Notes under the pieces: model-generated
The model's database searches: none
What the model saw: only the letters and a program-made list of their open reading frames with translations
Told to the model about the DNA's origin: nothing
Shown here: positions 15,845 to 24,691 of the stretch, piece by piece
Position numbering within the stretch: position 1 is the first letter of the stretch
How the letters are laid out: each line of letters starts with the position of its first letter
From: Rhodothermales bacterium
GTDB lineage: Bacteria; Bacteroidota; Rhodothermia; Rhodothermales; UBA10348
Reading direction: 5' to 3'
Assembly: GCA_047611125.1 (NCBI GenBank)
Contig: JBLFXH010000001.1
Coordinates: 654 to 64,653 of the forward strand
DNA length: 64,000 nt
Made by a program: the position numbers and the translations under genes

Positions 15845-17221
15845 CTAGTGTGCCAGTAGCGGTTCCAGCAGCCCAGTGGCTGCGTGAAGTTCCAAAATGG
15901 CCATGTTGAGTTGGAAAACCGCCTCATGACGCGAGGCCTGCAACTGCAGCTTTGCCTGCACTGCCTTGATGAGGTCGTCCGTGTCACCAAGATCCAAATC
16001 GAAGTTGACGTACTCGGTCTGGAGCCATACCCGGGCAATCCGGAAGGACTCCTCGGCAGCGGCCAGCGAAGCCTGTCGGATGCGCACCCGGCGGTAGGCT
16101 TGCTCTACCTCGAGCAGGATCAACTGCTGCGCGGCGGTTTCCTGATACCGTACCTCCTGGAGGTTCGCTCTGGCCTGCTCGACCTTGGCGCGCGTCTGGG
16201 AAAAGTTCAGTTCAAGCCGCATCCCTAGTCCGGTCTCCAGCGACCGCGAGAGAAAGGAGTCCCCGACGTACGGATTGCGTTGGCGAAAACGATCCACCGT
16301 CCCCGAATAGTGGGCATGGACTCCCCAGACCAGCTTGGGGTAGTAGTCCGAGCGGGCGACGTCAACCAGAGCGGTCCGGGCGACAATGCCAGCAGCGGCC
16401 TGCGCAAACTCTGGACGATTCTGGAGAGCGAGTCCCTGATAAATGTCCAGTGAGTCGAGCGCCAAAATCAACGGCTCCAGGAAGCGGTCTTCTGCCGTTA
16501 CCACGGTGTGGTCCGGCAGCATCAATTGCCGGCGGAGCCCCGAGTGGGCAGTCTGCGATTCTTCTCTGACCTCGATGGTGCGCCGCCGCAACTCCTGCTC
16601 GGTGATCTGGACCTGGAAAAGGTCGGCGTCCCCGACGTCCGGTGACCCCTCATTGAGCAGCCGCTCTACTTCACGCTTGGCCCTGCCAACCGCTTCCTCG
16701 GCCTCATCAGTCAAACTGTCCATGGCGCTGAGCAGAACCACCGAGTAGTAAAGCCGCGCAGTCCGAAGGGCCACCTCTAACTCCTTGACCTCCACACCCC
16801 CAGTCTCCACACCAATTCCGGCCTCGGCTGCATCGATGGTTCGGCCCAGCTGTCCCCAGGTCCATAGCGGCTGAATCAGATCCACGTCGACCCGGCTGAA
16901 TGGCGCCAAATTCCCCCAGTCGTTCCGGACATCCGGATCCAGATAAAGACGGTCCGTAGGCGTGTCGTTAGGGTTGTTGAGCCCCGGTGCCACGGCGTGG
17001 GCGGACGTGGCCTTGAGGTCCGTTAGAAAACGGGATCGCACCGCCTGGTCGCGGCGAGCCTCGGCGAACCGGACCCGGGCTCGCTGGATATCGATGTCCG
17101 GGCTGATCCGGACAGCCCGCGAGATGGCCTCCGAGAGACTCACGTGCACGGTATCCTGGGCCTCGGCGGTGGGGGCCAGGAGCAGGATCAGAAGAGAGAG
17201 GAGCCAGCACAATCGAAACAT
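15845..17221 (-). CDS. TolC-family outer-membrane efflux protein
   Basis: Two OEP-like repeats, coiled-coil-rich (e.g. 'RARVRFAEARRDQA', 'TRAKVEQARANLQEVRYQ'). Start trimmed to ATG 17221, which yields signal peptide 'MFRLCWLLSLLILLLAPTAEAQ'. Confidence 0.8.
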   Translation of the reverse strand: MFRLCWLLSLLILLLAPTAEAQDTVHVSLSEAISRAVRISPDIDIQRARVRFAEARRDQAVRSRFLTDLKATSAHAVAPGLNNPNDTPTDRLYLDPDVRNDWGNLAPFSRVDVDLIQPLWTWGQLGRTIDAAEAGIGVETGGVEVKELEVALRTARLYYSVVLLSAMDSLTDEAEEAVGRAKREVERLLNEGSPDVGDADLFQVQITEQELRRRTIEVREESQTAHSGLRRQLMLPDHTVVTAEDRFLEPLILALDSLDIYQGLALQNRPEFAQAAAGIVARTALVDVARSDYYPKLVWGVHAHYSGTVDRFRQRNPYVGDSFLSRSLETGLGMRLELNFSQTRAKVEQARANLQEVRYQETAAQQLILLEVEQAYRRVRIRQASLAAAEESFRIARVWLQTEYVNFDLDLGDTDDLIKAVQAKLQLQASRHEAVFQLNMAILELHAATGLLEPLLAH

Positions 17222-17367
17222 GGCGCGAAACACGACTGTTGGATCTGAACGTTCCCGGCAGGCTCGACGCGTGTTCGGGCCGCCAGTGAACGTTCCCCCA
17301 AAACGATTTCCTCGGCGGCGAGTCAATTGGTGCCGGATGCAGACGCCTCTACCTTCGAACCTAGACG

Positions 17368-17577
17368 ATGCGTATAGACCGATGTATTTGCGTGGGTGTC
17401 CCGTTCAGGGTGCTGAAAGAGCAGGCCGACCAGGCTGGTTGTTCGACCCTCGAGGACCTGCAAGTTGTGGCCGATTTCGGGACCGGGTGCGGTCTATGCA
17501 AACCGTATGTTCGCGAGATGCTGCGAACAGGCGAAACGGAGTTTGACCAGGTCATCACTGAGTCTGGCGATGCTTGA
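17368..17577 (+). CDS. BFD-like [2Fe-2S]-binding domain protein
   Basis: 69 aa with cysteine pattern C6-x-C8 ... C41-x-x-C44 ('RCICVG...GTGCGLCKPY'), typical of bacterioferritin-associated-ferredoxin-like domains. Confidence 0.6.
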   Translation: MRIDRCICVGVPFRVLKEQADQAGCSTLEDLQVVADFGTGCGLCKPYVREMLRTGETEFDQVITESGDA

Positions 17578-18976
17578 GCTTTCTCGTGAAGCCATGGAAA
17601 GCCTTGGCAATCTGGTGGTCGACCACCTGGTCACGCACCGCGCCGATATTCGCGACCAGCCGGCGAGCAGAGTGCTCTCCCGCTCGGCGGCGGATGAACT
17701 GCTGGACGAAGCGCTCCCCCTGAACGGGACTGACCCCGAAGCACTGGTCAACCGGCTGAAGAAAGATGTCTTCGCCAACATCTCCCACGTCGATCACCCG
17801 AGGTTCTTTGCTTTCGTGCCGGGCCCGGGCAATTTCGTGGCTGCGATGGGGGCCGCTCTGGCGGCCGGGTATAACGTCTTCGCCGGGACCTGGCTGGGTG
17901 GATCCGGTGCCGCGCGCCTCGAGCAGACGGTAATCGATTGGCTTAAAGAGGCCGTCGGCTACCCGCCGGATGGCGGCGGTCTATTCGTGAGCGGCGGGTC
18001 AATGGCCAACCTCACCGCGCTTGGCGCGGCCCGACACGCGAAACTAGGCAGCCACGACGCCCGCGGAGTGGTGTACTTCAGCGATCAGACGCATTCTGCC
18101 GTGGAGCGCGCGCTGCGGGTGCTGGGCCTACCGGAATCGCAGATGCGCAGGATACCGGCCGATCCGTCCCGGGGATTGGATCCGGAACAGCTCTCCAACC
18201 AGGTGCGCGCCGATCGCGCCGCCGGATTGACGCCGTTCTGTGTCGTGGCCAACGCCGGCACGACAAACACGGGCGCGGTCGATCCACTGCGCGCAATCGC
18301 CGATATCTGCGATCGAGAAGACCTCTGGTTCCACGTGGACGGGGCATACGGTGCAGCCGCGGTTTTTGGGAATCGTGCAACGGCCGCGCTCCGGGGCCTT
18401 TCCCGGGCGGATTCCATTGCTCTGGATCCGCACAAGTGGCTGTTCCAGCCTTTTGAATGCGGGTGCCTGCTGGTGCGCGATTCGATCGCCCTGCGTTCGG
18501 CCTATGCCATCCACCCCGATTACATGGTGGATACCCGCCTCGAAGACGAGGAAATCAATTTCTGCGAGTACGGCGTGCAGTTGTCCCGTTCCTTTCGGGC
18601 GCTGAGTCTCTGGATGACCCTCAAGACCTTTGGCGCAAACGCTGTGGGAAAGGCCATCGACCACGCATTCGACATGGCCGATCATGCCGAGACCGTCCTA
18701 TCGGGGATGCCGGGGTGGGTGCTAGTCACGCCCCCTTCGATGGCCATACTGACCTTTCGATTCGAGGACGGTCCCGCTGATAGCCTGGACGCGTGGAATG
18801 CGGCGATGGTGCGCCAACTCAGGGAAAGCGGCGTGGCCATGGTCAGCTCCACCCTGCTCCGAGGCAACTACGTTATCCGACTCTGTCCGACGAATCCTCG
18901 GACCACCAGAGAAGACATTGAGGTCACGCTCGGCGCGCTCGCCCAATCGGCGCGTGACGCGGGTTACTGCCGGTAG
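17570..18976 (+). CDS. PLP-dependent group II amino-acid decarboxylase (aromatic-amino-acid / DABA decarboxylase-like)
   Basis: 'HPRFFAFVPGPGN', PLP-lysine motif 'SIALDPHKWLFQPFECG', 'VANAGTTNTGAVDP'. Start trimmed to ATG 17570 (MLELSREAME...), overlapping the Bfd-like stop by 8 nt. Confidence 0.8.
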   Translation: MLELSREAMESLGNLVVDHLVTHRADIRDQPASRVLSRSAADELLDEALPLNGTDPEALVNRLKKDVFANISHVDHPRFFAFVPGPGNFVAAMGAALAAGYNVFAGTWLGGSGAARLEQTVIDWLKEAVGYPPDGGGLFVSGGSMANLTALGAARHAKLGSHDARGVVYFSDQTHSAVERALRVLGLPESQMRRIPADPSRGLDPEQLSNQVRADRAAGLTPFCVVANAGTTNTGAVDPLRAIADICDREDLWFHVDGAYGAAAVFGNRATAALRGLSRADSIALDPHKWLFQPFECGCLLVRDSIALRSAYAIHPDYMVDTRLEDEEINFCEYGVQLSRSFRALSLWMTLKTFGANAVGKAIDHAFDMADHAETVLSGMPGWVLVTPPSMAILTFRFEDGPADSLDAWNAAMVRQLRESGVAMVSSTLLRGNYVIRLCPTNPRTTREDIEVTLGALAQSARDAGYCR

Positions 18977-20280
18977 GAAGCCGCAATCGCCGCGAGTCGT
19001 TCCTGAATGTCCGCCTCGGGGTACCACGTGCCCCGCACCATCACACCCGCCCGCTTGGCCACGTTGCTGATGGACTCTAAGGGATTGGCTGTCAGGAGAA
19101 TGAGATCCGCGCGGTTTCCTTCGGCAACCTGCCCAAACGTGTCCCAAGCCGAGAAGTAGGTGCCAACGTTAACTGTGCCGGTCCGGATGACATCGTACGG
19201 GCTCATGCCCGCGTCCACCATGCGCTCCATTTCTCGATGGAGGGAGAAGCCCGGCACGGAGTACTGTTGCGGGGCATCGGTGCCCATCAGGATTCCGGCC
19301 CCGGCCTTGTGAAGGGCAGACAGCACCTGCATGCGCGCGTCAATCACTCGCCGGTTCTGGGCCAAGTCAAACTGGGGGGCCATGGTACGCTGACGAAATT
19401 GCTGCTCCCAGGACGCCCGCGATGCCGGCGAGGCGTACACGAGTTCGGGAAACGCATTGAGGTGGTCGAGGTCGACCACCGAGTAGAGCGTCTCCCAAAG
19501 CACCATGGTTGGGACGACCCAGGCTCCCGCTTCCATGGTCTGGCCAACGATTTCGTTCAGTGCCACCTCATCTACCCCAGTCGGGTCCGCCTGGAAGAGG
19601 TACTCCACGTAACCATCCAAATGGTCGAAGGTCAGCTGACCCATGCGGATGGCATGCTCCAGGCCCACATCAGCCGGGACGTGGCCGCCAAAGTCGATCC
19701 CCTTTGTCCTGGCCGTGACGGCCATTGAGTCGAACTCGGCCCGCGTCATCCCCGGGTGGATTTTGAGGAGATCCCACCCCTCGGCGACTTGGTCACGCAC
19801 TTTGCCCGCCGCCTGTGACGGCGAGGATACCGAGCTTCCATTGAAGCTCGGTCCAGCCAGATACAGCGTGGGCGAGTCCATCAACCCCTGCTTGGCCTTG
19901 TCTCTGAGGGCCAACTGACCATCGTACCCCAGCATGCCCCGGACGGTTGTGATTCCGTTGGCCAGATACAGATAGAGTGTCTTCTCGATCTCCGCTGCTG
20001 ATTGGTTCGGCGGGGGAATGTGGCCGTGCATTTCGGCTAGTCCCGGCATCAGAAACAGGCCGGCGCCATCGATGCGGAGGACATTCGGAGGAATGAACTC
20101 ATTCTCCGCCGTCGGGCCGACCCAGACTATGCGGTCCCCGTCGATCAAGACCGTTTGGTTTTCCAGCACCCGCTCGGAGTCCATCGGAATGATCGACACC
20201 CCGACGAAAGCGACGGGATCAGCATGGGCGCCGGCGCACAGGACCAGGCAAAAGATGGTCGAAAAGAGAAATGTTTTCAT
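18964..20280 (-). CDS. Secreted amidohydrolase-family metallohydrolase
   Basis: Start trimmed to ATG 20280, giving signal peptide 'MKTFLFSTIFCLVLCAGAHA'. Amidohydrolase motifs 'PGLAEMHGHIPP', 'GGHVPA', 'GTDAPQ'. Confidence 0.75.
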   Translation of the reverse strand: MKTFLFSTIFCLVLCAGAHADPVAFVGVSIIPMDSERVLENQTVLIDGDRIVWVGPTAENEFIPPNVLRIDGAGLFLMPGLAEMHGHIPPPNQSAAEIEKTLYLYLANGITTVRGMLGYDGQLALRDKAKQGLMDSPTLYLAGPSFNGSSVSSPSQAAGKVRDQVAEGWDLLKIHPGMTRAEFDSMAVTARTKGIDFGGHVPADVGLEHAIRMGQLTFDHLDGYVEYLFQADPTGVDEVALNEIVGQTMEAGAWVVPTMVLWETLYSVVDLDHLNAFPELVYASPASRASWEQQFRQRTMAPQFDLAQNRRVIDARMQVLSALHKAGAGILMGTDAPQQYSVPGFSLHREMERMVDAGMSPYDVIRTGTVNVGTYFSAWDTFGQVAEGNRADLILLTANPLESISNVAKRAGVMVRGTWYPEADIQERLAAIAASYRQ

Positions 20281-20354
20281 GCCGGGAAGATAACTGTGAG
20301 CGGCGGAACGATGGATTCCTGGCAGCGTGGTAAGGCCCCCAAACACCGCGGAGT

Positions 20355-21863
20355 ATGAGTCTGACAACTGCTTTTCCTCACACGTCCGTCCGCACGCTTG
20401 GAGCGCTTCGCGAGTCAGGCTACCAGATTTGTTCGGTAAAGGACGAGATCAGATCCAATCTGGTCAAGGCACTCAAGAGCGGTCGAGATCCGTTCCCCGG
20501 CGTCCTAGGGTTTGAGCAGACCGTCATTCCCCAGATCCAGAATGCGGTCCTGGGGCGACACGATTTCATCCTGCTCGGCCTTCGCGGACAGGCAAAGAGC
20601 CGGATTCTCCGCCTGCTTCCTGGACTGCTGGACGAGTATATCCCGATGGTTGCCGGCAGCGATCTGCATGACGACCCATTCCGGCCCATTACCAAGTATG
20701 CCCGGGACCTGATTGAGGAGCATGGAGATGAGACACCTATCGAGTGGCTACACCGCGATCTGAGGTACGGGGAGAAACTGGCCACGCCAGACACCTCCAT
20801 CGCAGACCTAATCGGGGACATCGACCCCATCAAGGCGGCACATCGCAAGCTGACCTACGCGGACGAGGAAGTCATTCACTTCGGCATCATTCCGCGCACG
20901 AACCGCGGGATCTTCGCCATCAACGAGCTGCCAGACCTGCAGCCCCGGATTCAGGTGGGCCTCCTCAACATCATGGAGGAGAAGGACATACAGATAAGAG
21001 GATTCAACATCCGCTTCCCGCTGGATGTGCTCATGGTGTTCTCGGCAAATCCCGAGGATTACACCAATCGGGGAAGCATTATCACCCCGCTGAAGGATCG
21101 GATCGACAGCCAGATTATCACGCACTATCCCACGTCGGTGGATACCGGAATTGCCATTACGCAGCAAGAGGCGTGGCAGCAGAGGGAGGGCGATGTCACG
21201 GTGGATGTCCCGCACTTCTTCCGGGAGATCATTGAGCAGGTGGCGTTCGAGGCCCGGGGCAGCGAGTACGTGGACCAGAACTCGGGCGTATCGGCCCGCA
21301 TGACGAGAGCCGCCCTCGAGAACCTGATATCCGCTGCGGAGCGGCGCAGCCTCCTCTGTGGAGAGTCAGAAACCACCGCGCGACCGTCAGACCTGTGGTT
21401 TGTTGAAGCCGCGATCACGGGCAAGCTTGAGTTGGTATATGAAGGTGAACAGGAAGGTGCCCAAACCGTGGCGCAGGTGCTTACCGGCCGCGCGCTAAAG
21501 ACCATATTTGCGAAGCACTTCCCGGCGCCCGAGCGCGACCGGACCACCTACCAGAAGGTGCTCGGCTGGTTTGTGGCCGGCGGTGCACTCGAGCTGCACC
21601 ACGATATGTCGTTCATCGACTATGCGAAGGCACTCGATCAGGTAGACGGCCTGCGCGAATTGGTGGATCGTGTGGCCAAGCCCGACAGTCCGGCTGTCCG
21701 TGCATCGACCATGGAGTTGGTAATCGAGGCTCTACACCAGCATTCACTGCTTGGGAAGGAGGCCGGTCCCGGCTCCAGAATCTTCGTGGACATGATGGGG
21801 TCCATGCTGTCAGGCATTGCGCCAGACGACGCTGACGAACTCGGGGATTACGAAGACCAGTGA
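20355..21863 (+). CDS. AAA+ ATPase, Mg-chelatase ChlI-like family
   Basis: Walker A-like 'LLGLRGQAKSRI', Walker B 'GIFAINELPDL', 'LLNIMEEKDIQIRG', 'MVFSANPEDYTNRGSIITPLKDR'. Confidence 0.7.
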   Translation: MSLTTAFPHTSVRTLGALRESGYQICSVKDEIRSNLVKALKSGRDPFPGVLGFEQTVIPQIQNAVLGRHDFILLGLRGQAKSRILRLLPGLLDEYIPMVAGSDLHDDPFRPITKYARDLIEEHGDETPIEWLHRDLRYGEKLATPDTSIADLIGDIDPIKAAHRKLTYADEEVIHFGIIPRTNRGIFAINELPDLQPRIQVGLLNIMEEKDIQIRGFNIRFPLDVLMVFSANPEDYTNRGSIITPLKDRIDSQIITHYPTSVDTGIAITQQEAWQQREGDVTVDVPHFFREIIEQVAFEARGSEYVDQNSGVSARMTRAALENLISAAERRSLLCGESETTARPSDLWFVEAAITGKLELVYEGEQEGAQTVAQVLTGRALKTIFAKHFPAPERDRTTYQKVLGWFVAGGALELHHDMSFIDYAKALDQVDGLRELVDRVAKPDSPAVRASTMELVIEALHQHSLLGKEAGPGSRIFVDMMGSMLSGIAPDDADELGDYEDQ

Positions 21864-23896
21864 CCGGACCGGCCTCCAGCCTCGTCTCTGGGTTGCGGCT
21901 GATCGCGGCCGTGCTTCTGCTCTTCAGCAGTGGGAGCGTCGCGGGTCAGGCGGGCCCGGGCGGAACGCCGGGTCTGCGGGTGGCGCCAACCGGTAACCAC
22001 GTTGTGGCTTGGCCCGGGAGCGACCACGCTCATCGACTCTCGATGCGGGGTGGATCCTCGGTGGCATCGGCAGACTTCGACGCCACGTACTACGGGTTGC
22101 AGCTACGCATTGAGCTGAATCCCAACAATCTGGTGGGCACCGTCCGCGTGAAAGGCGTGGCTCGAGTCGCGATGACCCAGTTAGTCCTGGATTTCGATGA
22201 TGCCATGCACGTGGAAGGCGTGCTCGCGCCGAGCGGATCAGCCTTGGCATCAACGCATAGCGACAATGCACTCACCATCGCCCTTCCCGGAGCGGTGTCG
22301 CCGGGGGAAGAGGTGGATGTCACCATCAACTACCAAGGACTGCCCCCGTCTACCGGCCTGGGCGGCTTCGTTTTCGATACGCTGGCCAGCGGAAAGCCCG
22401 CCATCTGGAGCCTGAGCGAACCGTATGCAGCCCGGACCTGGTGGCCATCGCGGGATCATCCGTCCGACAAGGCGGACTCGGTGGATGTCTCGATTGAGGT
22501 CCCCCAGCCATTGATGGCGGCCTCGAATGGACTTCTGACCCAGACGGAGACCCTAACCGGTGGATATCGGCGTTTCTCGTGGTCGCACCGCTATCCCATC
22601 GCCACGTATCTCGTCTCGGTGGCCGTTGCGGAATACGACTTCGACCAGCAGATCTACACGCGGCCAGCCGCGCTGGCACGTGATCTGGGCAGCCTGGACC
22701 TCCCCCTTGTTCACTACAGCTTTGCAGGGAACGGGGCGTTTCTGGGCAATCACCCTCAGTTCGGATTCCAATACATCACGGATATTTTCCCCGTACTCGA
22801 ACGCTGGTTCGGGCCCTATCCGTTCGATCGGGAGAAATACGGGCACGCCCAGTTCACGTTTGGGGGCGCGATGGAGCACCAGACTCTGTCCTCGATGACC
22901 ACGAATTATCAGGGGACCATGGCGCATGAGCTGGCCCACCAATGGTTTGGCGACTCGATCAGTCCGGATTCTTGGCCTCACCTCTGGCTGAACGAAGGGT
23001 TTGCCACCTTTGGGGAATTGGCCTATTGGAATGAGGCAGAGTTTCCGGGGGTCTACGACCAGATTTTTGACATCTATTACAACCGCGCCCTGACCGCCGA
23101 AGGCACCGTGGTAGTTCAGGACACCACCGATGTCCTGGACATGTTCGCTCACAGCCGGGTGTACGCGAAGGGGTGGATGGTGCTGCGCATGCTCCGCGGC
23201 ATGCTGGGCGAGGTCACCTTCCGCGAGGTCATGAGGGCCTACGCAGCAGACCCCCGCTATCAATACGGCACGGCAACGACCGATGAGTTCCAGTCTCTCG
23301 CCGAGGCCGTCTCGGGACAGGACCTAGGCTACTTCTTTGACCAATGGGTTTCGGTCGGCGATGGGTACCCCACCTACACGGCAACATGGGGGAAACGTCC
23401 CAACGGCGCGGATTGGGACGTTGAGGTCACGGTGGGACAGACCACATCGGGCTCGACCAGCCTGTTTCGGATGCCCCTGCGCATTCGGGTCGAGACCTCG
23501 GGGGCCGACCAGGACTTCGTGGTCTTCAACCAGCAGCCTCGTGAGGCGTATTTCTTGACCGTAGCCGACGAGCCGACCGGCATTGCGATAGATCCCAATC
23601 GATGGATTCTAAGGGCTCGGGATGTCCGGGTGACCTCGACTGAGGGAGGCCCGGACTTACCGGAAGCACCTGCGTTGGCGTTGTACCCTAATCCGACCAC
23701 ATCCTGGCTAAGTATCGATTCGACTTTTCCGGACCGACGGCGCGCAGAACTGGTGGACGGGCTCGGCCGAGTCGTTTCGGTTCACGGCCTGATTCCCGGT
23801 TTCAACAGACTCTCTGTCTCCAGTCTCCCAGCCGGTTTCTATGGCCTGAGGATGGGAGACGGACGAACGCACACCTTTCTCCATACGCCAGAATGA
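21860..23896 (+). CDS. M1-family zinc metallopeptidase with T9SS C-terminal sorting domain
   Basis: 'GAMEHQT', zincin 'HELAHQWFGD' plus 'WLNEGFATF'. C-terminal Por-type tail 'LYPNPTTSWLSI...LPAGFYGLRM'. GTGA overlap with the ATPase gene. Confidence 0.85.
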   Translation: MTGPASSLVSGLRLIAAVLLLFSSGSVAGQAGPGGTPGLRVAPTGNHVVAWPGSDHAHRLSMRGGSSVASADFDATYYGLQLRIELNPNNLVGTVRVKGVARVAMTQLVLDFDDAMHVEGVLAPSGSALASTHSDNALTIALPGAVSPGEEVDVTINYQGLPPSTGLGGFVFDTLASGKPAIWSLSEPYAARTWWPSRDHPSDKADSVDVSIEVPQPLMAASNGLLTQTETLTGGYRRFSWSHRYPIATYLVSVAVAEYDFDQQIYTRPAALARDLGSLDLPLVHYSFAGNGAFLGNHPQFGFQYITDIFPVLERWFGPYPFDREKYGHAQFTFGGAMEHQTLSSMTTNYQGTMAHELAHQWFGDSISPDSWPHLWLNEGFATFGELAYWNEAEFPGVYDQIFDIYYNRALTAEGTVVVQDTTDVLDMFAHSRVYAKGWMVLRMLRGMLGEVTFREVMRAYAADPRYQYGTATTDEFQSLAEAVSGQDLGYFFDQWVSVGDGYPTYTATWGKRPNGADWDVEVTVGQTTSGSTSLFRMPLRIRVETSGADQDFVVFNQQPREAYFLTVADEPTGIAIDPNRWILRARDVRVTSTEGGPDLPEAPALALYPNPTTSWLSIDSTFPDRRRAELVDGLGRVVSVHGLIPGFNRLSVSSLPAGFYGLRMGDGRTHTFLHTPE

Positions 23897-24396
23897 GCAC
23901 GCTGACCCTTCGCCGAGCCGATCCGAAAGACGCGGGCCTGCTCGTTGAAATGATTCGAGAACTGGCCGCCTACGAAAAACTGTCCGACGAGGTCGAGGCA
24001 GATGAGGGGGCATTGGCCTCACACTTGGCAAGGGATGCCTCACCGAGATGCGAGGCGGTCATTGCAGAAGGAGAAAACGGGGAGCCGCTAGGATTTGCCT
24101 TGTACTACTGGTCGTACTCCACCTTCTTGACAAGCTGGGGAATTTATCTGGAGGACCTGTTTGTCAGAGAGGCGCATCGCGGAAACGGAATCGGACTGCA
24201 GCTGCTCGGCTGGCTGGCACACGAAACCGTGGACAGAGGCGGGAGTCGCCTCACCTGGCAGGTTCTTGACTGGAATGCACCCGCCCTCGGCTTCTACGAA
24301 AAACTTGGAGCCCAAGCGCTCAGGGAATGGCAGCCCATGCGTTTGGACGGCCAGGCGCTTGAAGACCTGGCAGCCGGCTACTCGGGGACTATTTGA
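23893..24396 (+). CDS. GNAT-family N-acetyltransferase (diamine acetyltransferase-like)
   Basis: Acetyl-CoA motif 'REAHRGNGIGLQLLGWL', 'WNAPALGFYEKLGA'. ATGA overlap with the peptidase gene. Confidence 0.8.
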   Translation: MSTLTLRRADPKDAGLLVEMIRELAAYEKLSDEVEADEGALASHLARDASPRCEAVIAEGENGEPLGFALYYWSYSTFLTSWGIYLEDLFVREAHRGNGIGLQLLGWLAHETVDRGGSRLTWQVLDWNAPALGFYEKLGAQALREWQPMRLDGQALEDLAAGYSGTI

Positions 24397-24614
24397 CCTT
24401 GACAGTCCACCTTCTGGCCCGGTCCAGGCCGCGCGGTCGGAGACCCCGAAACGGGCAACGCGGGCTCACAGTCCTTGGGGACGTAGTGCGTGTGATTCCC
24501 GTGTGGGACCTCGAAGTACGGACGGTTATCGAAAATCCCCAGGGAGTCGAGTATGACGAATGCCAGAAATAGGCCCAAGACAGCGATAAGGACTTTGCGG
24601 GTTCGGATCTTCAT
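24378..24614 (-). CDS. Small membrane-anchored protein with one streptococcal-type histidine-triad (HxxHxH) motif
   Basis: Start trimmed to ATG 24614 (MKIRTRKVLIAVLGLFLAFVIL = N-terminal TM anchor). 'FEVPHGNHTHYVPKD' closely resembles the Pht/Sht repeat core 'VPHGDHYHYIPK'. Confidence 0.55.
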   Translation of the reverse strand: MKIRTRKVLIAVLGLFLAFVILDSLGIFDNRPYFEVPHGNHTHYVPKDCEPALPVSGSPTARPGPGQKVDCQGQIVPE

Positions 24615-24691
24615 GGGCCGAGGATAACAACATTGTTCAGGATCTTCCGCCAACCTGTGATTGAATTACAAGTTCGCCCCACCCTCGCTCG

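Noticed and set aside
15845-17326. N-terminal extensions in the ORF track. Examples: 15845..17326, 58814..60805, 40976..42037, 44439..44837, 17465..18976, 18964..20367, 61894..62772
   Set aside because: The extensions are basic or low-complexity and precede an internal ATG. That ATG yields a proper signal peptide or the conserved family N-terminus, or gives a stop/start overlap with the upstream gene. The shorter models were adopted.
22553-23263. 236-aa ORF on the minus strand
   Set aside because: Antisense to the catalytic HEXXH region of the M1 peptidase gene. No motifs.
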